DNA of 64,000 bases from Takakia lepidozioides (taxonomy: Eukaryota > Plantae > Bryophyta), in contig CM060733.1 of assembly GCA_030704615.1 (NCBI GenBank), positions 66,216,001-66,280,000 on the forward strand, in the 5' to 3' direction. Below, piece by piece: positions 47,800 to 60,818 of this stretch (positions are counted from its first letter, which is position 1; every line of letters starts with the position of its first letter). Made by a program: the position numbers and the translations under genes. The notes beneath the pieces were generated by a model. That model searched no databases. It saw nothing but the letters and a program-made list of their open reading frames with translations, and was not told the DNA's origin.

Positions 47800-50200
47800 A
47801 GCCCTCATAATATCACAAGGGTGTAGTCTATGCCAATCGAAACGTTTCAGCAGACAAGTCAGCGGACTATCCAGTAGACTGACCAACAGAGTGTCCGGAA
47901 CAATGCCGAGGACATTGTGGAGGACATTGCCAATGTGTCTGCCCAGCATATAGCCCAAGAGACTGCGGCGCAGACTGCACACGAGTCCATCCAACAGACT
48001 GGCCTCGTCCCCTCCAGCACAGGCATTTTTGGGGTTTGGAGACCGTCATTGCCGCTTGGTAATTCCACCTTGAATGGTATAGTGACCTTCACCACATTGT
48101 GACAGACTGGCGTTGGCCCTTTGTCCCCTTTCACTATTCCATGGAGTACACAATCGAGGAAGCCAACCAGGTTCTGCAAAGTGCAAGCGTGCTTGCCGTC
48201 GATGTGTTGAGTGACCGAAGCGAACCGCCGCTGCTTGTTTAGCTAATTCTCATGGATGACCCACGCCCGGATGAGCTCCGGCATATGGCTATGGCACACC
48301 CAGCCTTTGGTGTCACGTAAAACACTTGTCAGCACTGACAGCAGAGCACTTGGACCGCATGACATCATCCTTCCTTCGGCATCGATGGATGCAATTTGGT
48401 AATTTCACCTCGTCCAGGAAATTGAGAAAGGACTTGCACAGCCTTCACATGGATCTACTACATGGAGAACCGCATGCAAGGAAGGCCATTCTGGATGATG
48501 CTTTGGTATGGTTTTCAGTTGTCCAAGAGCGAGCTGTAATTGACATTGTCTTGCACAAACCAGATGTCTTTAGAGTCCTCTGGTCCGGAACTCCGTACGA
48601 AGACCGCATATCCACCATTGGCCAGCTTGATTCCGCACTGCTGGCTCGCCAAATTCAAGATATTGGGCTCATTGGAAATCTCCTTGAAGGTATGCACTGT
48701 TCTCCGTCATTTACAAGTATACCATTTCCCATGGATCAATGTCGAGTACTAAACCTGTGGTATGTTTCAGGGCGGGGCAATTTCAAAGAAGACCATGTCA
48801 ACAAGGCATTCGACTCGCTTGCCAGAACTGCAAGAGATGTTCTCCTCGCAGTACAGGGCCATCCTAATTCCGATCACGGCACTGTCCAGAAGACTACCGA
48901 GGTTCATGTCCAGCAGACTGGCGAGGAGTCTGCTCAACAACAGATGGTCTCTGCAAATACCAGGGCGTTCGGGTCCCAAGAGCACACTCAGCACACTCAG
49001 CACACTCCTACTCACCAGAACCTTTTCCCATCGAATGATAATGACTGTTTCTTCTAGGATACTGGGCAAAGTGGACAGACTAGGCTGACACAGTCAACCG
49101 AGTAGACACAGCAGACTGCCCAGCCGACCAGCCAACAGTATGGAGAACAGCCTCATGAAAGACTGATGGACACCTGCTGTGGGCAGGTCTTGCAGTCCAG
49201 CACGCCACATTGGAACTTTCAACGTCCTCGCCTGCACTGGACTGGTGCGGCGGACCATTCACCCCAATTTAAGCTCGGAAATTTTGGAGAACTAAATTTT
49301 TTTGCGTCTACAGACGAAGTAGCGAGGACATTGGTAAACCCCTCGTATCCGTCGCCCCGTGGCCTACGTCCTATTTCCATTGAGATTAGTCCAGTTCTAG
49401 TTCGTTCACTCGCAAAAGCCATTGATGATTTTGACGTGAGTGGACCAATGTCCGGCCCAATACCCCGCTTCATAGACCTTACTACAGAATCCAATGTGGA
49501 ATCCCCCTCTGTGAAGCCATTGTCAGCTATGGACAAAGACCCTCACAACAAGCTTGACGGCGAAGTTGATAGCGTGATCCTCGGCCTAGAAGACCACGCT
49601 GAAAGGACTGCTTAGGAGACTGCCCAAGGGACTGCACAGGGGACTGCTCTGCTGATTGTCCACCTGGATACTACCCATGAGACTGACTTGGAGAGAGTCC
49701 AGTAGATGGTCCAACAGACTGTCTAGGAGACTGCTCAGGAGACTGTCCAGCAGACTGCCAAGGATTCTGACGTGCAAGCTGTCTGCCAGGAGCCTTCCCA
49801 GGAGCCTGCCCAACAGGAGATTGACTTGGAGGCAGTCCAGCAGACTGCCCATGTCATTGCCGAGATGGCCAATGTACAGGAAACCACCATAGAGTCTGAC
49901 GAGGAACCTGTCCAGGAGACTGCCCAGCAGTCTGCCCAGGAAATAGCCCAGGAGACTTCCCGGCAGGCTGCAGAGGAGACTGGAGAGGACATTGCTCATA
50001 ACGCCACAATGGACGACCCAGCTCCACCCACTCAGGTTGTTCCTGCACTGTGAGAGCATTTTTCGAGCATTTTTCTTGCATTTTTCTTGCTGATGTTGCA
50101 CCTTCATTATATTATTGATCGTATTATTGAACTTGCAGGATGTTCGTCTCATGAAGGATGTGCACGTTGTGACATCGCCATCGTTCGTAGTGGACTCAAC
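47800..50200 (+). pseudogene. Unidentified spliced gene remnant with Gln/Glu/Thr/Ala repeats
   Basis: Coding-like segments (48326-48690, 49166-49615, 49620-50050 ETAQQ repeats) with GT-AG boundaries (48690-48770); no recognisable domain. Confidence 0.4.
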
Positions 50201-51539
50201 CCATGGGAAGTCGGGACAACAATTCCATAAACCCAGTTTCCAGAGGGAGAGAGAGGGAGAGAGAGGGAATCCCACCATCCAACCCCTGGTATGGCAGGCC
50301 CTAACGGAGTGAGTGTGGTATGCACTCACCCCGTAAGGGAGTGCATACCAGACTCCTCTCCAAAAGGGTAATCTCTCCCTGCTCCTAGGCCAATCCTTCG
50401 GAAGATGTCCCGTAAAGGATTATCAGGCTACCCTTAGTCAAGCTGGGTGATTTAGAACAAGGAAAATAAAATCAGTCATTGAAGTCATTTAGGTTGATAA
50501 AGATAGTGCTTACCTCTGAGCATGTTAACCAGATCAGCAACTGGAAGTGTACACCAGGAAAAGTTCCTTCTTCAAGGAGCCTTAGTAATATTCGTAACAA
50601 CTTGTCCGTTTTGAAGCCATTTTTTCCTAAGGTGTCAATCAGAATCCCACACTCTTTCCAGGCAGATTGAACAGTACTGGAAATATATAATATGGGTACA
50701 GCCTGAGATATCACCACATTGTATGATTGGTTCATTGGTCGGTTTGACCTAAATTGAATGTATTGGGTATATGAGAAGGGGAGAGCCCTTCTGTTGTCAT
50801 TAACAATGTCTGATTTTATCAATTGTGCCGTTGCTGCCAGTTGACCATCTACCCATGCAAGTTTTTTGTAGCTTCATAGTTAATCTGGAGCTTGAAGTCC
50901 GGCCCTCTTGGGTGAATCTGCACCCACACTCTATCCCTGCTCCTTCAGCTATCCATGCCTCGCACGAATCATGCATACAACCTTGCCTTGTTGCTAGCAG
51001 TTGACGATGACAGCCTAGACTTGTTCTAGGAAGCACCCAACTCAACTTATCACACTAGTTCCTACGCTCAATTGCATCTGCTACTCTTTATAATCCAACA
51101 AACATTCACCTTCTTGCCTCGATTGTCCCACCATTGACTGGGGTCAGAAAAGTATTCATTCCACAACTTCTCCTTGTCTGTGTTACCTGTTTCTGATATT
51201 TTCCTGTTGTCACATTGGCAGAATCATGTCAAAGTCACTCCAAACTATCAAAGCTTCACTCAACCAACTAACTTGCAGAATTCAGACATGAATAATTAGG
51301 GGCGATTCTGATAAGAGGGGAAAACAAGGTGAAATTGAAGAAGGTGCCTTCATTAGCAGTCATTAGCACATAACTATGAAAGCTATCAAAACATAATTGT
51401 TCTAAAGCCAGACATTTTAACACACGTTTATGGATGAAACTCATGAAAAGCACTTTGCAAAACTACAAAACTTACAAAACACCTCTCCAACCAACCCAGT
51501 TCCAAACAACAAGAACCATTCTAGATGATACACACTTTG

Positions 51540-52325
51540 TTTGCCATATCCAACGCATCATAATTAGTTGTTATAATTAGGTGTGCTTGCACATACAATG
51601 CGCATTGCAAACACAAAGAAACCTGATGTGGTCAATGGGCTAAACACACCTTAATTCATGCACCATTTGCCTAGAGGTCTTAAGGACTCCATCCCACTGT
51701 ACATGCAATCATGGGCTCCATGATCATACCACATTTCATTCAGCCATATTGTTGAACACTCACCCACATTTGGCATACATGTCTATGTAAGGGTACTATT
51801 CAGTATGACATATGGTACAATTCCAGCTTTGACGATGTCACCATGGACCTCTTTGCCCTCTTGGCCTCGACCCGGCCAGGCTGCACTCCTTCCCGCAACA
51901 TTTGCTCATATGTCTCCAATTCCTCTTTGAGCTTGGCATACATCTCCACAAGAGTATTGTTCAGAATGAAATCTGCCACAATTCTAGCTTTGACGATGCA
52001 GCCATGGATCTCTTTGCCCTTCTCCAGCAGGCTCGCACATGCACTACAAACACAAACAAACGTAATTTGTGGTCGGACTTCATCCCCTCCCACACCATTT
52101 GCTCATAGGTCTCCAAAACCTGCAATCCCCGCCCCTGTTGTGCATGTTCTGCGATCAGCACATTCCACGACACCACATTTTGCTCAGCCATATTGTTGAA
52201 TACTCCCTATCCACAAGGGTATTGTTCAGAATGACATCTGCCACATTCCAGCTTTGACGATGCAACCATGGACCTCTTTGCCCTTCCCCAGCAGGCTCGC
52301 ACATGCACTACAAACGCAAACAAAA
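51540..52325 (-). pseudogene. PLS-class pentatricopeptide repeat gene remnant
   Basis: ITFVCVCSACASLLEKGKEIHGCIVKA..VADFILNNTLVEMYAK; MAEQNVVSWNVLIAEHAQQGRG...YEQM..EG; repeated P-L-S triplets with deletions. Confidence 0.85.
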
Positions 52326-52479
52326 CTGGTTGTGGCAAACTGGGATCAATATGTGTCAGAAGAAACCACTGATACAAATCTACAGCTTATAAGCTGTCTC
52401 TATCCTCAAAATTGGCAGCACATCACCCGCTGCTATGACATATTGCCCTAGACACACATTGCCCTAACTGCCATCCCCC

Positions 52480-55400
52480 AAGATGCTACCCTGAGCTCAC
52501 AATGGGTGATAGCCAAGTTGTATACTCTATCGGGTATATGAACTTAGCCTCAGCCAACTTCTTAATCTTCTCCCCAACCTTCTGTGCATAGTTGGGATTC
52601 ATCCTGTACCTTGTCTGTTTGATTGTATTGACCCTGGTTCCAGTTCAATCTTATGCTGGCAGATCTCAGGTGGTATCCCTTTCAGATCTTCATAGCTCCA
52701 AGCAAATACATCTTTGTATTTGATAAACAGGCTCTTAGCTTCCTCAAAGAATTATGGCTCCAAGTCAGCCCCAACTTTCACCATTCTTGGTTCCTCCTCA
52801 GTTCCCACATTCACTTTTCTCACCTGCTCTTCAGCTGTGATTGTCCATCCAACCACTACTTCATCATGTAAACTCACAGTGGCCGGTTCCTCTAGGATTT
52901 CTATTTCTCCCTCTCTTTCTTCATAGAAATGTGGTGGGTAACTGCTTGTTTCCCCCTCAATTGGTGTTGCTGTTACTGCACCATAGCATATACCTCTTAA
53001 GCAACTCAGGCCTCCCAGTTGCATTTCTACAACCTGCTCCCACTCTGGGTGTGCAGCAAACATAGTAGCTTCCTGCTCCTCATCAAGCCCTCCCCTCCAG
53101 TCATACTCTCTGACTCCACGAGGTCTCCGTGTAGTAGGTAGCCTACCAGATTTCTTAGTGGCGATCTGTATCTTGTGCTTCCCATCATGCACAGTCAGTA
53201 ACTGGGAATTCCAGTCATGGAATACCCTGGCCTGTTTCAGCCATGGTCGACCCAACAATAAGGAGTAGGCTTCCATGACATCATCCATTTTCAACAGAGT
53301 CACTGTGATCTTAAAGATCATCTTCTGAATCTGTATCTTTATTCCTCTTATCAAGCCTAATGGTTGTACACTCCTTTGATCTGCCATTGTTACTGTGAAT
53401 GGGGCTGGTTTCATGTTACTTAGACCAAGCTTCTGCCTTAATTGGTCTATCATAATATTCACTCCTGAGCCTCCATCTATTAGTACATCAGTCAAGTCTG
53501 TGCTTCCAATTCTCAATTGGATTACTGGCATGGAATCATCAATGTCCATGACTGTTTCCCGCCCTTCAGGCTTCACATCATAACTTGTCACCTTGCTGTT
53601 CAGGTCTGTGTTCTCTGTCACACGAGCAATGTGATTGATTGCTTGATACAGCCCGTGTCTACAATGGGGTGCCACATCCAATAGCTGCCCAATTGTAATC
53701 TCAGCTTTGGACTGGCATATTACTTCAGCCAAAGCCCCTTCATTATCCTGCACCCGTGAAGCCTCTTGCTTCACTTCATCTTCACCTTCTTCATCTTCTC
53801 TTTCAGAGTCAGAAGAATCTGCCATAGGGATATCAATATCCTTCTGCATTTCCCTTATGGTATCAGCCACTTCCTTGTGCAGTTCCTTCTCATCTCTCCA
53901 TGCCTCATCATCTTCAGGCACATCACTGCCATCTTCATTAACATCTTCTTCCTCATCCGCTGGAGGTAATAGCTTAGCTTTGTTTCTGGTGGCTATCATT
54001 GTACTTACTTCTGGTACAAAACATGGCATAACCATGTGAGCTGCCACTACTGGGCCTTCATTCACAGGAGCTCTCATCTCATTTTGGTGTCTGATCCAGA
54101 ATGGACAGGCTGCTTTGCGATGTCCTGCCTGGTTACAATAGTAACACAATTCTTCACCATTGGGTCCTCGCCCTTGGTCTATTCTGGGATTATTTCTATA
54201 ATCCTGATTCCCTGGCTGGTCACTCCCTCTTGGATTACCCTGATAGTTGCCTCTAGGATTGCCTTGGTAATTCCCTCTTGGATTACCTCTTCTTGCCATA
54301 CCATTGTTATACCCACTAGGCCTACCATAGTGGTCCTGGTCATTGTTTCTTCTTGGCTGGGGTTGCACTTGATGCACCCTCACTTGCCTAGGTTCTTTTG
54401 TAGCTGTCCTTCTATTGTAATAACAATTCTCAGTAGAATGGTTATCCATTTTACAGATAGTACAGTGTTTCTCCTTCATGTGGCATTCAGCTGTGGTATG
54501 GCCTTCATTTTGGCACTTTGCACACCAAACACCCTTCCTCCAATGTGTTGCAGCCTCTGTGGCGTATTTTTTCAAAATTTATTCCAATCTTTTTTCATAG
54601 TTGTCCCTCTTCAACTTTTCCTTCTTCTTGCTCTTCCTCCTGAGCTCTTGCTCTTCGTCCTCATCTGACTCATCTTCAGAGTCCTCATCATCCTTTTTAT
54701 CTCTCCTGAGCATTCCCAATTGCTCAATTCTATTGGCTATTTCGAATGCCTCCTCCACTGTAATATGAGGTAGCATATCCACTTTCTTTTGTAATTCAGA
54801 TCTTAGTCCACTCACAAACCAAGTCTTCAGTAATCCTGGTGCTGGTACCGCAGCCAGCTTTTTCATCATTAACTCCATTTTCTCCATATATTCTTCAACA
54901 GTTTCATGCTTCTTTTGCCTCAACTGTTGTAAACTCCCATACACTTCATCCTCAGTTTTGCTTGTCCTGAACCTGTTTTGAAATGTTGTACTAAGGCCAT
55001 TCCAGGTTAGGAAATGATTATTAGGAAACCTTGCATACCATTCACTTGCTTTCTTGATAAGTGAACAAGGAAACAGTCTCATTTTGGCATCATCGCCATT
55101 CTCATTGTTCACAATACACATGTGCTCAAATTGGCTGATGTGCTCTTTTCCTGCATATATTGGAAAAGGTGGCTTTGCCCGTGTTGGAGGTACCGCCATC
55201 TATGGCCCTACACCCTGCCCTTTGATAGGTGCTGGTCCTCCTGTAGGTGTTGGTCCTTGAGGACCTGCTGTTATAGTGGTGGAACTCCCACCAGGTGTTG
55301 GCCCCTGAGCACTCCCTGCTACTAGCCCCCCTGTACTTGCAATACCCCCAGCTCCAGTTGCACTACTTCCCACACTCCCTGTCCCCCCAGAGCCAGATCC

Positions 55401-57135
55401 AAGCTGCCCGCCTGATCCCCCTAAGCCGACACCTGTGTTGGCCTGTGATCCAAGTGCTTCACTTGATCCAGGTCCAACAGGTTGGGATGTCCTGGTTGTA
55501 GTCTCAACCTCAACTGTTGGGTCTACCTACTTCTTCATACTCTTCATCTTCCAAATTCTTCTCTCTGTTTTCATCTTCCAAGTTCTTCTCTTGGATTTCT
55601 TCTTCCTCACTCATATAACTCAACTGCAGTGGTGTTGGAGAGTCTGAACTCTCCGTGGGCTCTGCCACATCTTCCTCTCCTTCTTTGTCTTGTGCTTCAG
55701 AAACTGGAGTTCCTGCTCTTGGTGTTCCATGCCAACTCTGATCAAAGATTTTTGTCAAATCTTTAACCCAGGGATGTACCTCAGGTCTTTCCCCTCGTGG
55801 CTGATCTTCTTCCTGTACCAAATCCCTTAATCTTTCTTGTAAAGAATAAGAAGGAGTGGCATCCAACTTTGGTTCTTCCGGTATGGGTGATGTACTCTCT
55901 GGCCTTAATGGTGTGAGAGGTCCAGATGATTCCCCTATGTCTATTCCTCTCTCCCAGAGATATGGATAATTAGCTTTCAAATAACTTTATCTTTTCGCTG
56001 AATATCTGTGGAGTCTAGCTTCCCTTTCATCACTCATGTCCCATGTCTTTCATATAATGAGGCAATAACCAAAACTCTCTTCTGTAGTATCTCTCGTATA
56101 TGCTGGATTTCTTTCAAGCTTTAATGCACCCTTGGCTATACTAAAAGGCTCCGTTACCATATAACCATATGGCAAGCACGTCTAAAAAGTTGTTCTTGGT
56201 GTAAGTTTGATCCATAAGATATCCTTAGAAATCCAATTCTTTACCAGTACAAGTTCTTCATGCATGTGAGTGTAAACATTCACCTTCCGTTCCTCCCAGC
56301 TTTCAAACTCCACTCGTTTAATGGATAGCAACGCTATCACATAAACCAGTGTTGGTAAACAACTTGCTCTCCCTCTACAGGCCACTTGATAAATCTTTAT
56401 CACTCCTTTCTCCAGACCCCACTTTGGATCAGCATCATGCACTCTCTTAAGAATGTTTTCCTTGCAACCGTCTGACAATTCCAATAACCTCTGAAAGAAT
56501 TGTTTGGACAATCTTTCTTTCTCAGTTTCACAGGGAATTTGATTCACATCAAATTCCTTGATTCTCCATCCACCATGATCCCACCAGATGCCTGTCACAT
56601 CTGGTTGTTCTTGACTCAGGTCCCCAGTATGGTCGCCAAATGTCGAGCGGCTTTTACTCACCCATCCCTTAGCTATCCGAGGTGGAAACTCCAAAATAGA
56701 AGAGTTGGAAATCTCTAAGCACTCAGCCCGCTCAGAACAATCAGTCATGACCTACATCTAGTGTATCATGGGGTGCTTTCATATATCTATTCTTTCATGC
56801 ATCCATGGTTAGTAAGTGACCTTACTATCTCGGTTTAAGTATCAGATTGCTTTTGCAATCTACTATGTTCCAACTACTCAAGCATTCATTCCACAACTTC
56901 ACTCATATTTCTCTACACGGTATGATTATGAAATAGGAATCACATTAATATCTATCATATATCAGGGCGAAGCCATGGTGTCTCTAATCTGCTCTACAGT
57001 GCATCTCTACAGCTTGCATGAATCAAGCATCATCTCGTCGTATCTCCTCCTCTGTGTAATCTCCATCCTTGTGCTCCAAGATCGTGCTCTCTGCCTGATC
57101 TCCTCAAGTGATGTCCAAGAAGTGATCTCAGAAGT
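52480..57135 (-). mobile_element. Truncated Ty3/gypsy element of the same family as 12974-29075: partial 5' LTR (56641-57135), PBS, 5' ORF, gag-PR, RT start
   Basis: Colinear with 24402-28560; stop at 54579-54581 and frameshift near 55525; ends in YRMNPNYAQKV...IYPIEYTTWLSPIV; LTR cut by the MULE2 end. Confidence 0.92.
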
Positions 57136-57619
57136 GAGGTTAGCTATTTCATGAGCATGAGCGGCATGAGCGGAGTAGCAAGACAATCGGTTTTCATGAG
57201 CAGAAGTACAAATTTTGGAAATAAAAAACATTAAAAAATTATTTTTAATGGAATGTGTCAGAAAAACCAATATAATATTCATTGTTTGAAGTAAAGATTG
57301 TAGTTTTGAGAGCCGTGCTCATGATATTTCGTCTTCCGCTCATGCGAATTCCGAGCGACATCTGCAAAAATGGCGCCGAATTTCACGGTAATAGGTTCTG
57401 CAACTGGAGAAATCTGCGACATATTTCGCGGTAATAGGTGTCTCCGGCGAAAAATGGTGCCGAATTTCGCGGCTATAGGTCCCAACATGGCAGGTGTGTA
57501 AACCCAAAATTTGGAAATGTGGCGCCGAATTTCGGTACATGGTGCCGGGGATTGCACAGATGTTGGGCAGTTCTTGGGCCATGTAACTGGAGATTCGGCG
57601 CCATTTTTTCAAACATCGG

Positions 57620-60300
57620 ACTTGCGGTGCTCCACGAGACCTCCTCGGGCAACATCACGGGACCACGAGGGAGCGTGCGAATGTTTTTGTCAGCTCGCCA
57701 TGAATCCTCTTCTCCGCCAGGTGCCTCGTCAAGTCTTCGTCTCACTGGACGGGTGTGAACATCTCCTTCCAAGTGTTGGCCACTTCGAAGAAATGGCGTG
57801 TCCTGAAGGCCCTCTCGCAAGGCTGCCGCCCACTTGCGAGGATTCTTTGATCTAGAGGCAGTCCGCATCAGCATTTCCTGCCTGTCCGGCCCCAAGCCCC
57901 ACTGGAAATCTTTTAAGAACTCGTTGTACCTGCATTGCTGCATAATTGACCTCACAATGTCCTCCGTTGTGGCAGTGAGGATGTCCACCAGATGCGCCGC
58001 AGAGGAGGCACGCCAGGAAGAATGTAGTGATTCGGCCATGTTTGTTGTCGGCATGTCGGTGTCGGAGTCGAGACACATTTCCTGCACATGCACATCTTCA
58101 GGTTACAAGCAAATTACAAATAATGAGTAGCTAGCATAATATTCAACGGGACGCAAATTCGTCCAACTCACCTCCCGCATATAGTCGCCGAACTGGAGGA
58201 AACGATAATGCCACCATGCTAGCCAACTGACCATTGCTCCCTCGTCTGATTTCTTTACAGCACCTGACGTTGTCCACCAAGCCCGTATACATGCATACTG
58301 TGTCTCTGCATCATGATAGGAAACATGACGGTCATCTTGGGTGCGTCACCAAAACCACCAGCATGAAGATGCTCAATGGTATGCGGGTGCGCTACGTTGT
58401 TTGTGCGGGCGCGTTGCGGTGTTTCTCCCCAACTTGCTTCCACTTTAAATCCAGAGGTCACAGGAATGAGACGGATTGGACAGACACAGCTCATCAACCA
58501 TTTTGAGCTCAGGAGAAGGTTCCAAACTCCACATTTAAGTGTGCACATTGCAAAGAACCACCACATTGCATGTCTGTTTATAATGCCAAGCAGTTCTATG
58601 TGTTGCACCGTTTCCCTGACCTCACACAAGCTTGTATACACGTTGGTTCCCATTGTCACATATTGGCGAGGGGTAACTCGCGGGAGGCTGCCCACGAGGC
58701 AAAGCAGCTCGTTCAGGAGGAGGTTAAGTTGAGACCTGGTGCCAAACCCAAACAGATACAGCTGCAGGCCGCCCATAAGATGGCATTGGCCAGAATTATG
58801 TCGGAAGACGGCTCCGACAGAGTTCCTCTCGATGAGAAGGAAATGGAGGCATTGCTGGAGTCAGTGTTCCACGTCTATTCATGCAAACAGAGAATTGGGC
58901 GTGGCTCGGATATGCATTCCATTCTGGAGGTGAAGCGACGATGTGGATATGACTACATTCATGGAAGTAGATTTCCAGGACAAGGGACTGAGGCAGATCG
59001 TTGTTTCGTATTCAAAATGTCAACGTGTGGGCCTGGCAGTGACGTCGAACTGGTCCACCGGATGACGAGTGGGGACTTGTCAAACAGTTGGGTCATGTTC
59101 GACCATATCAAGCAAATTACAAATCACCAGTGGGTGACAATGGGTGCACATGTCTACGACACCCACTGCAGGATGCTAATGACATTTGTTATTTGTGAGA
59201 TGAAAGGAGAGGACACACAATCGGAGATGCTTCTTTGGCAGGGAATAAACGAACAGATGGCCAGGGCAAGATTTCCCCCTCCCAATTTCCGTGGTTTCAT
59301 GGCGGACAACACACAAGCAAATTGGGCTGCCATCCAAAGGGTGTACGGGGAAGACCCCAATGTTCCGATGAAAAGCAAGGAGAGATCTTGTGGTTCCATT
59401 TTCTGCAGAGCTTGTCGTAATACACAACCTGGCTCGTGGCGCCAGATTTCCGAGAGGAGCACCGTTCCATGTGTCTTGTGTGGAAGCATGCTCCCACCTT
59501 GGACGCCCTCGAATAGTCCGTTCGAGGAGGGAACTCAAAGAAGATATTACCGTCGACGTTTGCGGGAAGGCATGTAACGGATTTAATTGCAAACTTGTTG
59601 TAGTCCAGGAATGCGGCCCCTAGCCTTTGCGCAATAACTGCCAATGGTATGCAGTCAGAAGGTATATGACCAGTGCAGATGCGCTGCACAAACCAATAAT
59701 TGTGGCGTCTGACAAGAAGCGTGGGGGGGGCGAGCGTGCAAGCACCTTCCCCATGGACAGAGGGAACTGACAGAGGTGGCATTCCAGTGGGTCTGATTGC
59801 AAGATTGAGTGCGAGACCCTCGTTGCCAAAAGTCAACATTCAACAAAATGCAACATTGCACAAAAAGTGGAACTTTGGTTCAAAGGAGACATTTTTATTA
59901 ATAATGAACTATGACAAGTATGCATGCCCTCACAAACCGAGGGAAGCCAAAAGTATGCATGCAATCCATGCTCTGGTAAGTTGGAAATTTGCTCCCGTGT
60001 TGCACTGTTCTCACCAAGAAGCTGGAACCTCAATTGGCCTCTCAACAAGTTCATGACTGACAGGGTGTCGGTAAGTGAAGACAATGGATGCAGCCCGTTC
60101 GCCTTTGGTGTAGTGGACAACGGTGTCATCTCCTCCGATATATACACCATTGTAAATCGAGATCTTTGCTGTGGAGACTCTATGTCCATAGGACTCATCC
60201 TCGTAGCTTATGAGAATGTCCCCATACACTGTTTGCGATGGAATCCTCTCTGGCATGTACGTACACCCGATGCAATCCTCATAGGCCCACTGGCAGCACC
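57620..60300 (-). pseudogene. MULE2 transposase with internal inversion (~58312-59500 on +), SWIM end deleted
   Basis: MDRKHDGH...CAGALRC...C...NETDW...HVGSHCH (Cys/His N-terminal domain); VMFDHIK; FMADNTQANW; TTNMAESLH. 5' limit approximate. Confidence 0.85.
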
Positions 60301-60818
60301 TCCAATGATGTAGGAAGGCCGTGCAGCTTTTGGGGATGTTCCATGCTGGCGGAAACTGCAGATCAACGATTCGCAGGCACCAAAGCCGCGCAGGCCCGTC
60401 CCGGCGAGGCTGATCGTGGAGACTAGGAAGGTACTCAAGAGCGGAAAGGTGCACCCTCCTCTGCTGAGAGTGGTCTATCCAATCCTGCAGGTATATAAAA
60501 ATATCCCCTGACTTGGGGCGAGAAGTCCCACGGGGTGAGATGTCTGTTTGGGCAGTTGCTGGGATCCCGACACGCCATCGCCGACTATTGAAAGGGCTAC
60601 CAGGAAGTAGAGAGGGTGCGCAGGGAAGGGGGAGTGTGGGGAAGCTGAAGTGAGAGGGGCTCGGTGCGAGCAAGTGTTGTTGTTGTCTCGGTTTGAAACG
60701 CGTGGGTCACGAGCGAAGGTCGGGCAAGTGGCAAAGAAAAAGAGCAACATTTAATATAGCCGTACCCAGGAATGAGGGGCAGAATTTAATTCGACATGGT
60801 GTCAAATCGGAGGGTGAC

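Noticed and set aside
42325-57136. Ends at 42325 and 57136 as the TIR pair of one element
   Set aside because: They face outward; each is the downstream end of a different MULE, and their flanks are different retroelements.
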